Shown one piece after another: positions 47,034 to 64,000 of a DNA stretch of 64,000 nt. The notes below the pieces were generated by a model. It did no database searches. It was not told where the DNA came from and worked only from the letters and a program-made list of their open reading frames with translations. Within the stretch, counting starts at the first letter, position 1. Each line of letters opens with the position of its first letter. Origin of the DNA: the human T2T-CHM13v2.0 reference genome, Homo sapiens; NCBI RefSeq assembly GCF_009914755.1, contig NC_060935.1; one strand, given 5' to 3'. The translations under genes and the position numbers were made by a program.

Positions 47034-47333
47034 GGCTTTATGGCAAACACAGTATGAGATTTCTGGTGGTGGGGGTGGTGGAAGCTACGGGTTGGAAGTT
47101 GGAGGTGGCAGGTGGGTGGGCAGCAGGCTTAGCTCTGTCCCCGCACCCCCTCCCCACCAGGAGCTTTGGCTCTTTTGGTTCCCCCCACCCAGTACACACA
47201 GCCCCTTCTCTGCTCCTGAGGAGTGGGGACATCTCAAAGAGCAAGAGCTGTGACTTCTCCACCCCATCTCCAATGTATATGTTGGGTCCTATAAATTCAA
47301 GCATGAATAAGATGAAATGACTCCTGCCTCTGA

Positions 47334-47767
<434 letters not shown>

Positions 47768-47936
47768 TGAGCCACCGCGCCCGGCCTGCACTGGGGTTTT
47801 AAGTCCCAATAGTTTTAAGTTAGGGCTGGTCTCCTCAAGAAAAAAACTCATACACACAGATGTGCCACATTTTGCATTCAATTTCAGGGGTTCCAGGGAT
47901 ACACTGACGCCCATGTGGAGCTCCTAAACAATCTTA

Positions 47937-48272
<336 letters not shown>

Positions 48273-48379
48273 CTATCTCAAGGGAAAAAACAAAACAAAA
48301 CAAAACAGGGAACGTGGGAAGGAAGCGTTCCCTGACGATACTGGTTATAGCGGGTCTGAAGCTGGGCTGTGGAATTGGA

Positions 48380-49260
48380 GATCTCGGGAAAACAACACCC
48401 GTTGGAGCCACGACCCTAGGAGTCCACTAAGCGAGCGCCCATTGTAGGAGGGAGGTGTCTACGGAAAGACCGTGAGGTAGTGAACACCCCGTTGCCGGTG
48501 AAGTGCAAGCGCAGGGAGGCCGGGGAGGAACTTAAAGCCACGAAGACACTGACTTAATGGGCTCTAAGTCCTTCCAGTTCTGGGATCCCACCTCCGGGTT
48601 AATTCCGCTTCCCTTGAGGAGCGCATGCGCAATGGGACCACTCGCTCAAAGAACCCACCCGACCCGAGACGGCGCGAATGTGCAGTCGAGCGCTGATCCC
48701 GGCCTTCCCATGAGCCTCTGGGGCAGGCTCCAAGGCGAGCGACGGAAGCAGCCGCTCTTAGTTTCCGGCAACACGACAGCGGCTGCCGAGCGACCCGGAA
48801 GTATTCCCATTTTGCGTTGTCTGGGCTCGGCGGCAGCCGGGCTCGGAGTGGACGTGCCACTATGGGGTCGTCCAAGAAGCATCGCGGAGAGAAGGAGGCG
48901 GCCGGGACGACGGCGGCGGCCGGCACCGGGGGTGCCACCGAGCAGCCGCCGCGGCACCGGGAACACAAAAAACACAAGCACCGGAGTGGCGGCAGTGGCG
49001 GTAGCGGTGGCGAACGACGGAAGCGGAGCCGGGAACGTGGGGGCGAGCGCGGGAGCGGGCGGCGCGGGGCCGAAGCTGAGGCCCGGAGCAGCACGCACGG
49101 GCGGGAGCGCAGCCAGGCAGAGCCCTCCGAGCGGCGCGTGAAGCGGGAGAAGCGCGATGACGGCTACGAGGCCGGTGAGGAGGCGGGGCCTGCGCAGGGG
49201 GCGGGTCGGGCGGGGGTCCCGGAACGCGTGGGTCTGGGTGTGCGCGCAGTGTCAGCGAAG
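48380..49260. promoter_or_regulatory. SART1 CpG-island promoter
   Basis: CpG-rich; NRF1 palindrome GCGCATGCGC 48621-48630; ETS/GABP CCGGAAGT 48795-48802; YY1-like CCATTTT 48807-48813. Confidence 0.88.
48862..49174 (+). CDS. SART1: SART1 exon 1
   Basis: ACTATGG start; R/S/G-rich N-terminus to DDGYEA; donor G|GTGAGG. Confidence 0.96.
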
Positions 49261-49489
49261 CTCTTCAGGCCAGGAAACCCCCAAGCTGTTTACCAGCTCT
49301 ATTAAATAGTCTTTCTACGGGATCCCTTGAGCCCAGGAGTTAGAGGCTGCAGTGAGCTGCGGTCCCGCCAGTGTACTCCAGCCTGGGCAACAAAGCGAGA
49401 CTCTGTCTCAAAAAGAAAAAAGTCTTTCTACGGTTGTTTAGGATTAGAGGTTGACTTTCTCCACTCAGCTGCTTGAGGACAGAGGGCTT

Positions 49490-50797
<1,308 letters not shown>

Positions 50798-51154
50798 TGA
50801 TCCATCTGCCTCGGCCTCCCAAAGTGCTGGGATTACAGGCATGACCCACCATACCCGGCCCAGACCTTGTCTGTTAAAAATGAAAGAAAAAAGTAGAGGG
50901 CAGAGTGGTGACTACAGCAGTTTGGATGTCTTGGGTCAGGAAAGGAAGGTGCACAGAAGAGGCAGGGCTCTGAGACTGGACTCGGGCAGAGGAGCTGCTG
51001 GGGAGCTTGGGTGGAAGAAGCTGCTGTTTTCTGGTGTTTCAGCAGGCCCAGGTGCTGGTGAGGGGCCCTCATTTTTGTTCCTGCAGCTGGAGCCAACGAT
51101 GCTGGCTTCTTGGCCCTGTGTTCAGCTCCTGAGCCATGCTTCTTCTTGTTCCAG

Positions 51155-51212
51155 CTGCCAGCTCCAAAACTAGCTCAGGCGATGCCTCCTCACTCAGCAT
51201 CGAGGAGACTAA
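51155..51212 (+). CDS. SART1: SART1 exon 2
   Basis: ASSKTSSGDASSLSIEET; donor AA|GTGAGT. Confidence 0.95.
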
Positions 51213-51595
51213 GTGAGTACTGTCTCCCTTGTTTCTACTTTGTTTTTCTAAGAGAGGTGGCTCTGGGGCCAGCACGGGGGAGGCTTTCTCACATGAAAGT
51301 GTGCTAATCAGAGTTGGAAAGATTGTTTAAATCATCTTAGCCAACAGTTGACTTATAGAAGAGAAAACTAAAACCTAAGAGTAAAGTGGCATTCACTGGT
51401 TAGACGCAGACCAGGCTGGTGCCCATGTTTCCTGCTTTGGAGGCCAGGGCCCTTCCCAGTGTCCTAGGCTGCCTGGGGCAGACTTTGTGTTTGGGACCAC
51501 TCACTCCCACCCTGTTTCTCCTCTTGTCTGTCTGGAAATGCACATGGCACCCTGTGTCTTTAATAGCCCCTAACACTTGTATCTCTTGTTGTCAG

Positions 51596-51651
51596 CAAAC
51601 TCCGGGCAAAGTTGGGGCTGAAACCCTTGGAGGTTAATGCCATCAAGAAGG
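51596..51651 (+). CDS. SART1: SART1 exon 3
   Basis: KLRAKLGLKPLEVNAIKK; donor G|GTGAGT. Confidence 0.95.
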
Positions 51652-52172
51652 GTGAGTATGGGGCTGAGGATAGGGTTTGGGGGAAAGAGGCCATCTGAAG
51701 GGGTCTTTGAAGAAGGTGGGGTTAGAGGGCAGGTTCAGCACTGTTTAGTGGTCTTACACATGCATATTTGCCGGAAGGCATGAGGTCCCTCCTTGCTGGT
51801 ATAATGGGGATCTGGGGCTCCGCCTGCTCTCTGAGTTGGAGCTGTGGCCGTCGCATACTCACTCTGGCTGTGAGTTGTTAGATGGACTGGAAGATGTGCA
51901 CACTTGCTGCAGACTGCGCTGTGCGGGGGTGGGTTTCTTGTTTTTCTTTAAAGCACGATTTGAGGGGCTTTGGAAGCCACAGAGGGTCCTGTTGTGCTGC
52001 ATGGGTTGGCCAGGAGTGTGGGGACGAAGTGGGAGCAGGGAGGTGAAGGATTGTTCCTTCCTGTCCTGACCCCTTCTGGCCCCCTGAGCTGGAAGGGGGC
52101 AGGGTGAGTGGCTCCCTCCTCTCCCCACCAGCCATGGGCGGGCATAGCCTCACGTCTGGGCCCCCCTTCCAG

Positions 52173-52299
52173 AGGCGGGCACCAAGGAGGAGCCCGTGAC
52201 AGCTGATGTCATCAACCCTATGGCCTTGCGACAGCGAGAGGAGCTGCGGGAGAAGCTGGCGGCTGCCAAGGAGAAGCGCCTGCTGAACCAAAAGCTGGG
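52173..52299 (+). CDS. SART1: SART1 exon 4
   Basis: AGTKEEPVTADVINPMALRQREELREKLAAAKEKRLLNQKL. Confidence 0.95.
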
Positions 52300-52422
52300 G
52301 TGAGGGGTCCTGGCCAGGGCAGGCAAGGGAAGGGCTGGGGAGGCCACCATCCTTGGCTGCCTCTTGAGTGGGGTGGGGAGCAGGAGCTGGGCTCCTTGAG
52401 CATCACTTTTTCCCCTCTTCAG

Positions 52423-52528
52423 GAAGATAAAGACCCTAGGAGAGGATGACCCCTGGCTGGACGACACTGCAGCCTGGATCGAGAGGAGCCGGCAGCTGCA
52501 GAAGGAGAAGGACCTGGCAGAGAAGAGG
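52423..52528 (+). CDS. SART1: SART1 exon 5
   Basis: KIKTLGEDDPWLDDTAAWIERSRQLQKEKDLAEKR. Confidence 0.95.
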
Positions 52529-52782
52529 GTGAGCACCTGGGCAGCATGGGGTGGTCGCCTAGTGCTTCTGGTGGCCTGACGGCACTGAGGCGGGGGCCAA
52601 CCCCAGAGAGGTGAGACGGGGCTTGGAGAAGGGAAGGGCCGTGGTCGGTAGCATCTACTTTGGATTCTCAGCAGCTTTCCTGCAAGGCCTGCCCTTTTTG
52701 CACTCCGCTTGGTAGAGCCCTGAGTGTTTTCTGGTGATGCTGAGTGGCCTGAAGTCCTAGGTCACCCCTCCCTGTCCCGTAG

Positions 52783-52860
52783 GCCAAGTTACTGGAGGAG
52801 ATGGACCAAGAGTTTGGTGTCAGCACTCTGGTGGAGGAGGAGTTCGGGCAGAGGCGGCAG
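52783..52860 (+). CDS. SART1: SART1 exon 6
   Basis: AKLLEEMDQEFGVSTLVEEEFGQRRQ. Confidence 0.95.
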
Positions 52861-52967
52861 GTGAGGCTGCAGCAGGGGTGGTACAGGGGACACTGGTGGC
52901 CTTGCTACCGGAATCCCGAGGTTGGGTGCGTGGAGGGAGGTTCCTGACTCGCCGATTCTTCCCTTAG

Positions 52968-53067
52968 GACCTGTACAGTGCCCGGGACCTGCAGGGCCTC
53001 ACTGTGGAGCATGCCATTGATTCCTTCCGAGAAGGGGAGACAATGATTCTTACCCTCAAGGACAAAG
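52968..53067 (+). CDS. SART1: SART1 exon 7
   Basis: DLYSARDLQGLTVEHAIDSFREGETMILTLKDK. Confidence 0.95.
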
Positions 53068-53156
53068 GTAATGCGAGCTGGGTGCCCTGGGTGGGGGCAC
53101 AGCCTCTGCTGAGTTGCGGACAAGTGTGAATGGCCACTGCTCTGTGCTGCCCCCAG

Positions 53157-53299
53157 GCGTGCTGCAGGAGGAGGAGGACGTGCTGGTGAACGTGAACCTG
53201 GTGGATAAGGAGCGGGCAGAGAAAAATGTGGAGCTGCGGAAGAAGAAGCCTGACTACCTGCCCTATGCCGAGGACGAGAGCGTGGACGACCTGGCGCAG
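53157..53299 (+). CDS. SART1: SART1 exon 8 (ends at a GC donor)
   Basis: [23 protein letters not shown]...SVDDLAQ|GCACGG. Confidence 0.93.
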
Positions 53300-53430
53300 G
53301 CACGGCCTGGGCAGGCTGGGTGGCGGGGGCTGAGGTGGAGAATGTCGGGAATGGGGGCTCTGAGGAGGTGGTGGCTCAGTGGCTTTTCAGGAGCCAGCCT
53401 GGGTCCCAACCTGTACCTCTTGCCTTGCAG

Positions 53431-53637
53431 CAAAAACCTCGCTCTATCCTGTCCAAGTATGACGAAGAGCTTGAAGGGGAGCGGCCACATTCCTTCCGCT
53501 TGGAGCAGGGCGGCACGGCTGATGGCCTGCGGGAGCGGGAGCTGGAGGAGATCCGGGCCAAGCTGCGGCTGCAGGCTCAGTCCCTGAGCACAGTGGGGCC
53601 CCGGCTGGCCTCCGAATACCTCACGCCTGAGGAGATG
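53431..53637 (+). CDS. SART1: SART1 exon 9
   Basis: [17 protein letters not shown]...[10 protein letters not shown]; donor ATG|GTGAGC. Confidence 0.95.
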
Positions 53638-54339
53638 GTGAGCCCTCCCGTGCCTTATACTCGGGGTCAAGATTCTCCCTCCCTCTGGGGCTCCTGCCCT
53701 GCCCGCAGGCACTGAGAAGACAGGGCGAGTATTTGTGTTCACAAAGCGCTTGGCCTCGCGGGTGAGCACTAAATGGCAACCGGGGGAGGCACCAGGTGTG
53801 GATGGGTCAGGGCTGCTGAGCCAGATGGGCCCCAGTCTGTTTCGGCTCTGCCATGCTGCCAGCTCGTGCCTTGGATAAACCATTTAACTGTGAGCCTGGG
53901 GCACCCCATCTGGAATGGCAGTGACAGGAGCCGCCTCCTGAGGTTGCTGTGAGGATGAGTGACAGCGTGGGTGAGGGGTGACTGGAGAGGTGTGCGTGGA
54001 TTCTGTCCACAGGGTGACTGTGTGAACGTGAGGTAGACAGCTGGCGCGGTAGGCGTCTTCCTCAGTGGGTAAGAGCAGGACTCTGGAGCCAGACTGCCCA
54101 GCTCTCCCACCTAGGAGCTGGGCAACCTTGGGGAAGGTACTTAACCTCCCTGTGCCCCAGTTTCCCTAGCTCACCAGTGGAATTGAGATAGTAACCACCC
54201 CACATGTTGCTCATGTGTGGGAAGCGCTCAGGACGCTGGCTAGCACAGAGGAACACCAAAGAAGTGTTCACCCTCGAGGGCTTGTGGCGACCTGCCTTTC
54301 TGTGGCCCCCGCTCCATGTCTCGCCCCTCTTCCCTTAAG

Positions 54340-54464
54340 GTGACCTTTAAAAAGACCAAGCGGAGGGTGAAGAAAATCCGCAAGAAGGAGAAGGAGGTAG
54401 TAGTGCGGGCAGATGACTTGCTGCCTCTCGGGGACCAGACTCAGGATGGGGACTTTGGTTCCAG
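54340..54464 (+). CDS. SART1: SART1 exon 10
   Basis: VTFKKTKRRVKKIRKKEKE...DGDFGS. Confidence 0.95.
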
Positions 54465-54551
54465 GTGGGCTTGGACACGGTGGTGGGGCGAGATGGCTGG
54501 GCTGGGGTGGCCTGGGGACCGGTGCTCACCAGAGAGGCCTCCTTCCCTCAG

Positions 54552-54667
54552 ACTGCGGGGACGGGGTCGCCGCCGAGTGTCCGAAGTGGAGGAGGAGAAG
54601 GAGCCTGTGCCTCAGCCCCTGCCGTCGGACGACACCCGAGTGGAGAACATGGACATCAGTGATGAGG
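54552..54667 (+). CDS. SART1: SART1 exon 11
   Basis: LRGRGRRRVSEVEEEKEP...ENMDISDE. Confidence 0.94.
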
Positions 54668-54759
54668 GTGAGGGCCCGGCCAGGGGGTGGGAGGGGCAGG
54701 GACAGGAGCCGCGGGTTGGAGGAGATGGTCTGAGCAGGCATCCCCTGTGTTTCCCCCAG

Positions 54760-54902
54760 AGGAAGGTGGAGCTCCACCGCCGGGGTCCCCGCAGGTGCTG
54801 GAGGAGGACGAGGCGGAGCTGGAGCTGCAGAAGCAGCTGGAGAAGGGACGCCGGCTGCGACAGTTACAGCAGCTACAGCAGCTGCGAGACAGTGGCGAGA
54901 AG
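54760..54902 (+). CDS. SART1: SART1 exon 12
   Basis: EGGAPPPGSPQVLEEDEAELELQKQLEKGRRLRQLQQLQQLRDSGEK; donor AAG|GTGAGG. Confidence 0.95.
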
Positions 54903-56214
54903 GTGAGGCTGGGCATGGGCAGGGTGACTGCGTCAGCAGTCACCTGTCCTCACGAGCACCTGTGTCATAGGCGACAGCCACATTCCTGTCTGAAGCCTCT
55001 TTTCCATTTGTTTTTTGTTTTCTGGGTTTGTTTTTTTTTTTTTTTTTGAGACAGAGTTTCGCTCTTTCGCCCAGGCTGGAATGCAGTGGCGCAGCCTCAG
55101 CTCACTGCAACCTCCGCCTCCCAGGCTCAAGTGATTCTTATTCCTCAGCCTCCTGAGTAGCTGGGATTACAGGCGCACGCCACCAGACCCGGCTAATTTT
55201 TATATTTTTAGTAGAGACGGGGTTTCACTATGTTGGCCAGGCTGGTCTCCAACTCCTGACCTCATGATCTGCCTGCCTCTGCCTCCGAAAATGCTAAAAT
55301 TACAGGTGTGTGCCACCGTGCCCAGCCCTCTATTCTGTTTAAAGTCATGTTTTGCAAAAATTTTTAGATGCCTGCTTTAGTAGGGGATCCTTTCCTTGCC
55401 TCTCTCTTCTGTGCATGTTTGTTGAATGCCTGCTGTGAGTAGTGCATTGTTCTTGGGCTGAGAAGGTCATTGGTGAACAGGACAGCCATGGGGCCCTGGG
55501 CTCATGGAGCTGGCTTTCTAGAGTGTGTGGGGGAGAGCGTGGGGAGCAGCAGTGACTGTTAATGCAGGAACGGTAATTTCTGATGGTGGTGGGAGCTGGG
55601 CACTCAGTAAACCAAGATAACGTGCCGGGGGTTGGGATCTTAGATGGGAGAGTGCAGGGAAGACCTTTCCAAGGTACTAGTTCATCTGAGACTTGAGTCA
55701 CACAGAGGAGCCAGCCTTGCGGGGGGTTAGGGGTGGCAGCAGGTGGACAGGCTGGCATTTAGGCAGTAGACCAACCAGCAGGTGTCTCAGGAGAAGTGAC
55801 CTTAGAGTGCCTGAGGGCCAGGGAGGCTGGAGCAGAGCAGAGAGTGAGGGGTGGCGTGAGCTGAGATGGAGAGGTAGGGGGCCAACGCAGGGGGAGCCTT
55901 GACCCCATGGTCGTCGCTGCCCCAGAGGCACAGTGGGCCGGGCACTGCTCACATGTTCTGTGTTTGTTGATTCATTCCATCCTCCCAGCAACACCCTATG
56001 AGGAAGGTTCTGTCATCTCCATCATTCCAGAGGCCACACTTTTAGCCCTACCCCACACTTCTCACCTAGGAAGAAGCCAAGAAAGCGTGTCCAGGAGAGG
56101 GAGCAAGGGAGGGAAGCTTCTGATACTACTGGGAGGCAAAGTGGGGACAGTTGCAGTGGATTCAGGACCCGGAGGACAGGGGAGTTGAAAAAGTGAGGGC
56201 TGAACCCGGGACGG

Positions 56215-56410
56215 AGGCCAGGCTTACTGTTGAAGGGCTGGAGAGGACGTATTTGAGGTTTAAGGGCATATGGTCTCTGTTAGGCACCTTGAATGCTGTG
56301 CTGTTATAGGGAAAACAGCCAAGACAGTCTGTAAGTGAGTGGGCGTGGCTGGGTTCCAGTAATACTTTATTTCTAAGAACAGGTGTTGGGACATAGTTTG
56401 CCCGGCTAAA
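56215..56410. mobile_element. MER58A-like DNA transposon relic
   Basis: GGGCATATGGTCTCTGT...GGGCGTGGCTGGGTTCCAGTAATACTTTATTT...ATAGTTTGCC. Confidence 0.65.
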
Positions 56411-56512
56411 AAGGAACAGAGAAATGGAGCAATAGGCTGACAGGGCTGTTTTATGACTGAAATGAACATAAGGGTTTCTAGCCCCGTGGATCTCAGCCTG
56501 CCTGCACATTAG

Positions 56513-56794
<282 letters not shown>

Positions 56795-56797
56795 TAG

Positions 56798-56926
<129 letters not shown>

Positions 56927-57818
56927 TGAGTAGCTGGAACTACAGGTGCATGCCACCACGCCCAGCTGATTTTTGTATTTTTTAGAAGAAACAGGGTTTC
57001 ACCGTGTTGGTCAGGCTGGTCTCAAACTCCTCACCTTGTGATCCACCCTCCTCAGCCTCCCAAAGTGCTGGAATTAGAGGCATGAACCACCACACCCGGC
57101 CACCTAGAAGGTTTTTTAAACATATGAGCCACACCCCACACACTGTGCAGGCAAAAAAGTGGAAAGCCTATCACAGTGAACACCTTTGTCCTCTAGAGTC
57201 AGTAATTATAAACATTGTTACAGTTCTTTTCTTTCTCTTCTTTTTTTCCTGACCACTGGGAGTTGCAGATATCATGACACTGCATCCTTAACGACTTCAG
57301 TAGGCATCTGGCGAAATCAGGGCCTTCTCCCGCATAGCCACACTGCCCTAACAAGCCCATAAATGCTGTAAAACAGCAGCTCGCATGCCAACATTTTCCA
57401 GTTATCCCCCAAAATGTCTTTTTAGTTTTTTGTTGTAAGCAGCATCCAATCAAGTTTCCCACCCGCAAAGGAGCCTTTTCTGACTACCGGAGATTCTAGA
57501 GTATGTGGGAGACACATTTATGACGGAAGAAGAAAAAGATCTCGGCAGGCGGTGCTGGGGCCTAGAGTGCAAGTGGAGGGTGGGCTTGAGTGAAGCCAGC
57601 TCGTGTCATCATTTATTTCAGGAGGGAAGGTGGGGAGGGCACAGCAGCTGTGGGTGACCTTGTTTAGGGGAAGTCAAGGCAGCCCATGGCCGATTGTTCT
57701 GGTGTTTTTCCAGTGAAGAGGTGGCAGAGGTGGTGGTGCAAAGAGACGGGAGATGCTGTTCTGGAGAGTGGAGAGCAGATACACCCTGGGAGAAGAGCAG
57801 GCCTGCCAGTGGCAGTGT

Positions 57819-59793
57819 GGATGGTGGGATTCATGAGCTGAGGAGGGGGATGGTGGAATTCATGAGCTGCTGAGGGAGGGGGATGGTGGGATTCATGAGC
57901 TGAGGAGGGGGATGGTGGGATTCATGAGCTGAGGAGGGGGATGGTGGGATTCATGAGCTGCTGAGGAGGGGGATGGTGGGATTCAGGAGCTGAGGAGGGG
58001 GATGGTGGGATTCATGAGCTGAGGAGGGGGATGGTGGGATTCATGAGCTGAGGAGGGGGATGGTGGGATTCATGAGCTGCTGAGGAGGGGGATGGTGGGA
58101 TTCATGAGGTGCTGAGGAGGGGGGTGGTGGGATTCAGGAGCTGAGGAGGGGGATGGTGGGATTCATGAGCTGAGGAGGGGGATGGTGGGATTCATGAGCT
58201 GCTGAGGAGGGGGATGGTGGGATTCATGAGCTGCTGAGGAGGGGGATGGTGGGATTCATGAGCTGCTGAGGAGGGGGATGGTGGGATTCATGAGCTGCTG
58301 AGGAGGGGGATGGTGGGATTCATGAGCTGCTGAGGAGGGGGATGGGATTCATGAGCTGCTGAGGAGGGGGATGGTGGGATTCAGAAGCTGAGGAGGGGGA
58401 TGGTGGGATTCATGAGCTGAGGAGGGGGATGGTGGGATTCATGAGCTGCTGAGGAGGGGGATGGTGGGATTCATGAGCTGCTGAGGAGGGGGATGGTGGG
58501 ATTCATGAGCTGCTGAGGAGGGGGATGGTGGGATTCATGAGCTGCTGAGGAGGGGGATGGTGGGATTCAGAAGCTGAGGAGGGGGATGGTGGGATTCATG
58601 AGCTGAGGAGGGGGATGGTGGGATTCATGAGCTGAGGAGGGGGATGGTGGGATTCATGAGCTGCTGAGGAGGGGGATGGTGGGATTCATGAGCTGCTGAG
58701 GAGGGGGATGGTGGGATTCATGAGCTGCTGAGGAGGGGGATGGTGGGATTCATGAGCTGCTGAGGAGGGGGATGGTGGGATTCATGAGCTGCTGAGGAGG
58801 GGGATGGTGGGATTCATGAGCTGCTGAGGAGGGGGATGGTGGGATTCATGAGCTGAGGAGGGGGATGGTGGGATTCATGAGCTGCTGAGGAGGGGGATGG
58901 TGGGATTCATGAGCTGCTGAGGAGGGGGATGGTGGGATTCATGAGCTGCTGAGGAGGGGGATGGTGGGATTCATGAGCTGCTGAGGAGGGGGATGGTGGG
59001 ATTCATGAGCTGAGGAGGGGGATGGTGGGATTCATGAGCTGAGGAGGGGGATGGTGGGATTCATGAGCTGCTGAGGAGGGGGATGGTGGGATTCATGAGC
59101 TGAGGAGGGGGATGGTGGGATTCATGAGCTGAGGAGGGGGATGGTGGGATTCATGAGCTGCTGAGGAGGGGGATGGTGGGATTCAGGAGCTGCTGAGGAG
59201 GGGGATGGTGGGATTCATGAGCTGAGGAGGGGGATGGTGGGATTCATGAGCTGCTGAGGAGGGGGATGGTGGGATTCATGAGCTGCTGAGGAGGGGGATG
59301 GTGGGATTCATGAGCTGAGGAGGGGGATGGTGGGATTCATGAGCTGAGGAGGGGGATGGTGGGATTCATGAGCTGCTGAGGAGGGGGATGGTGGGATTCA
59401 TGAGCTGAGGAGGGGGATGGTGGGATTCATGAGCTGAGGAGGGGGATGGTGGGATTCATGAGCTGCTGAGGAGGGGGATGGTGGGATTCAGGAGCTGCTG
59501 AGGAGGGGGATGGTGGGATTCATGAGCTGAGGAGGGGGATGGTGGGATTCATGAGCTGCTGAGGAGGGGGATGGTGGGATTCATGAGCTGCTGAGGAGGG
59601 GGATGGTGGGATTCATGAGCTGAGGAGGGGGATGGTGGGATTCATGAGCTGAGGAGGGGGATGGTGGGATTCATGAGCTGAGGAGGGGGATGGTGGGATT
59701 CATGAGCTGCTGAGGAGGGGGATGGTGGGATTCAGGAGCTGCTGAGGAGGGGGATGGTGGGATTCAGGAGCTGAGGAGGGGGATGGTGGGATT
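57819..59793 (+). repeat. G-rich minisatellite (VNTR), ~65 units of 29/32 bp, AGGAGGGGGATGGTGGGATTCATGAGCTG(CTG), in SART1 intron 12
   Basis: Read directly unit by unit; variants CAT>CAG, GAGCT>AAGCT, +/-GCT, one -TGG. Confidence 0.98.
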
Positions 59794-60229
59794 AATGCCC
59801 TGAAGCAGTGGATGGTGGGATTGAGGATTGGGTTTTCTAGGGAGGAGGGACAAGGCAGTTAAGGGTTTCACAAAGGAGAGGTTCTGTTGATTTCCCCCTG
59901 AGTCTAAACTGGGTAATGAGGGACATAACAGAGAATGATGGGTGTGAGGACAGGGCCTGGAGTCGTGATGTGGTTGAAGAATTACTGGATTGAAGTTAAT
60001 ACAGTCAATGAGCTAGAAAGAAAGGCTGGAGAGAACAGAAAGGATCCTTGGAATTGAGGGGTTGTTTTGTTTTGTGATAGTGTCTCACTTTGTCACCCAG
60101 GCTGGGGTGCAGTGACTCTATCTCAGCTCACTGCAATTTCCACCTCCTAAAGGTGCTCTGTCCACATACAGTCATTGGGGGTTAGGGCTTCCCGATATGA
60201 ATTTAGGGGTTACACAATTCCTAGATAGG

Positions 60230-63830
<3,601 letters not shown>

Positions 63831-64000
63831 GAGGGGTGCAGAAGTGGACATAGTGACTCGAACCTTCACTGAGGAGTGAGGACTTTGCTGTCTGGGCTGC
63901 AGGGTTGAGGGAGAAGTTTTTTAAAGAGGGGAGATGGTAATCATTGTGTGTGGCTGGGCATCTGCGACAGGAGGGAAAGCAGAGGGTGCTGGTGCCCGTG

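Noticed and set aside
54331-54356. CCTTAA (U12 branch-like) at the SART1 exon 10 acceptor and TTTAAAAAG as a slippery site
   Set aside because: The intron 9 donor is GTGAGC (U2-type) and the motif overlaps the AG; the codon phase ACC TTT AAA AAG does not fit X XXY YYZ.
57819-59793. Tandem array as CRISPR or as a coding repeat
   Set aside because: Units abut with no unique spacers and no cas genes are present; TGA stops recur on both strands and the ORF track is empty here.

Overview
Human-type (primate) genomic DNA, Alu-dense, matching the chr11q13.1 gene cluster C11orf68 (-) / DRAP1 (+) / TSGA10IP (+) / SART1 (+, exons 1-12 only; the gene continues past the window). I rebuilt all exon structures by hand from splice signals and frame: C11orf68 292/293 aa in 2 exons, DRAP1 205 aa in 7 exons, TSGA10IP 556 aa in 8 exons, SART1 first 524 codons in 12 exons. 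C11orf68 and DRAP1 share a CpG-island bidirectional promoter. The rest is mostly Alu, L1, L2, MIR, LTR and MER relics, plus a ~2 kb G-rich 29/32-bp minisatellite in SART1 intron 12. I see no prokaryote-type system, CRISPR array, tRNA or rRNA, and cannot claim a wholly new system. Best leads: (1) a weak GC-AG intron in SART1, whose product carries the UBL5/Hub1-binding HIND motif linked to non-canonical 5' splice-site use (possible autoregulatory intron-retention/NMD loop); (2) a U12-type intron in DRAP1; (3) an RFX X-box and stacked out-of-frame uAUGs at the TSGA10IP start; (4) higher-order structure in the VNTR; (5) three templated-insertion repair scars inside Alus. Repeat-family names and boundaries are by eye and approximate.
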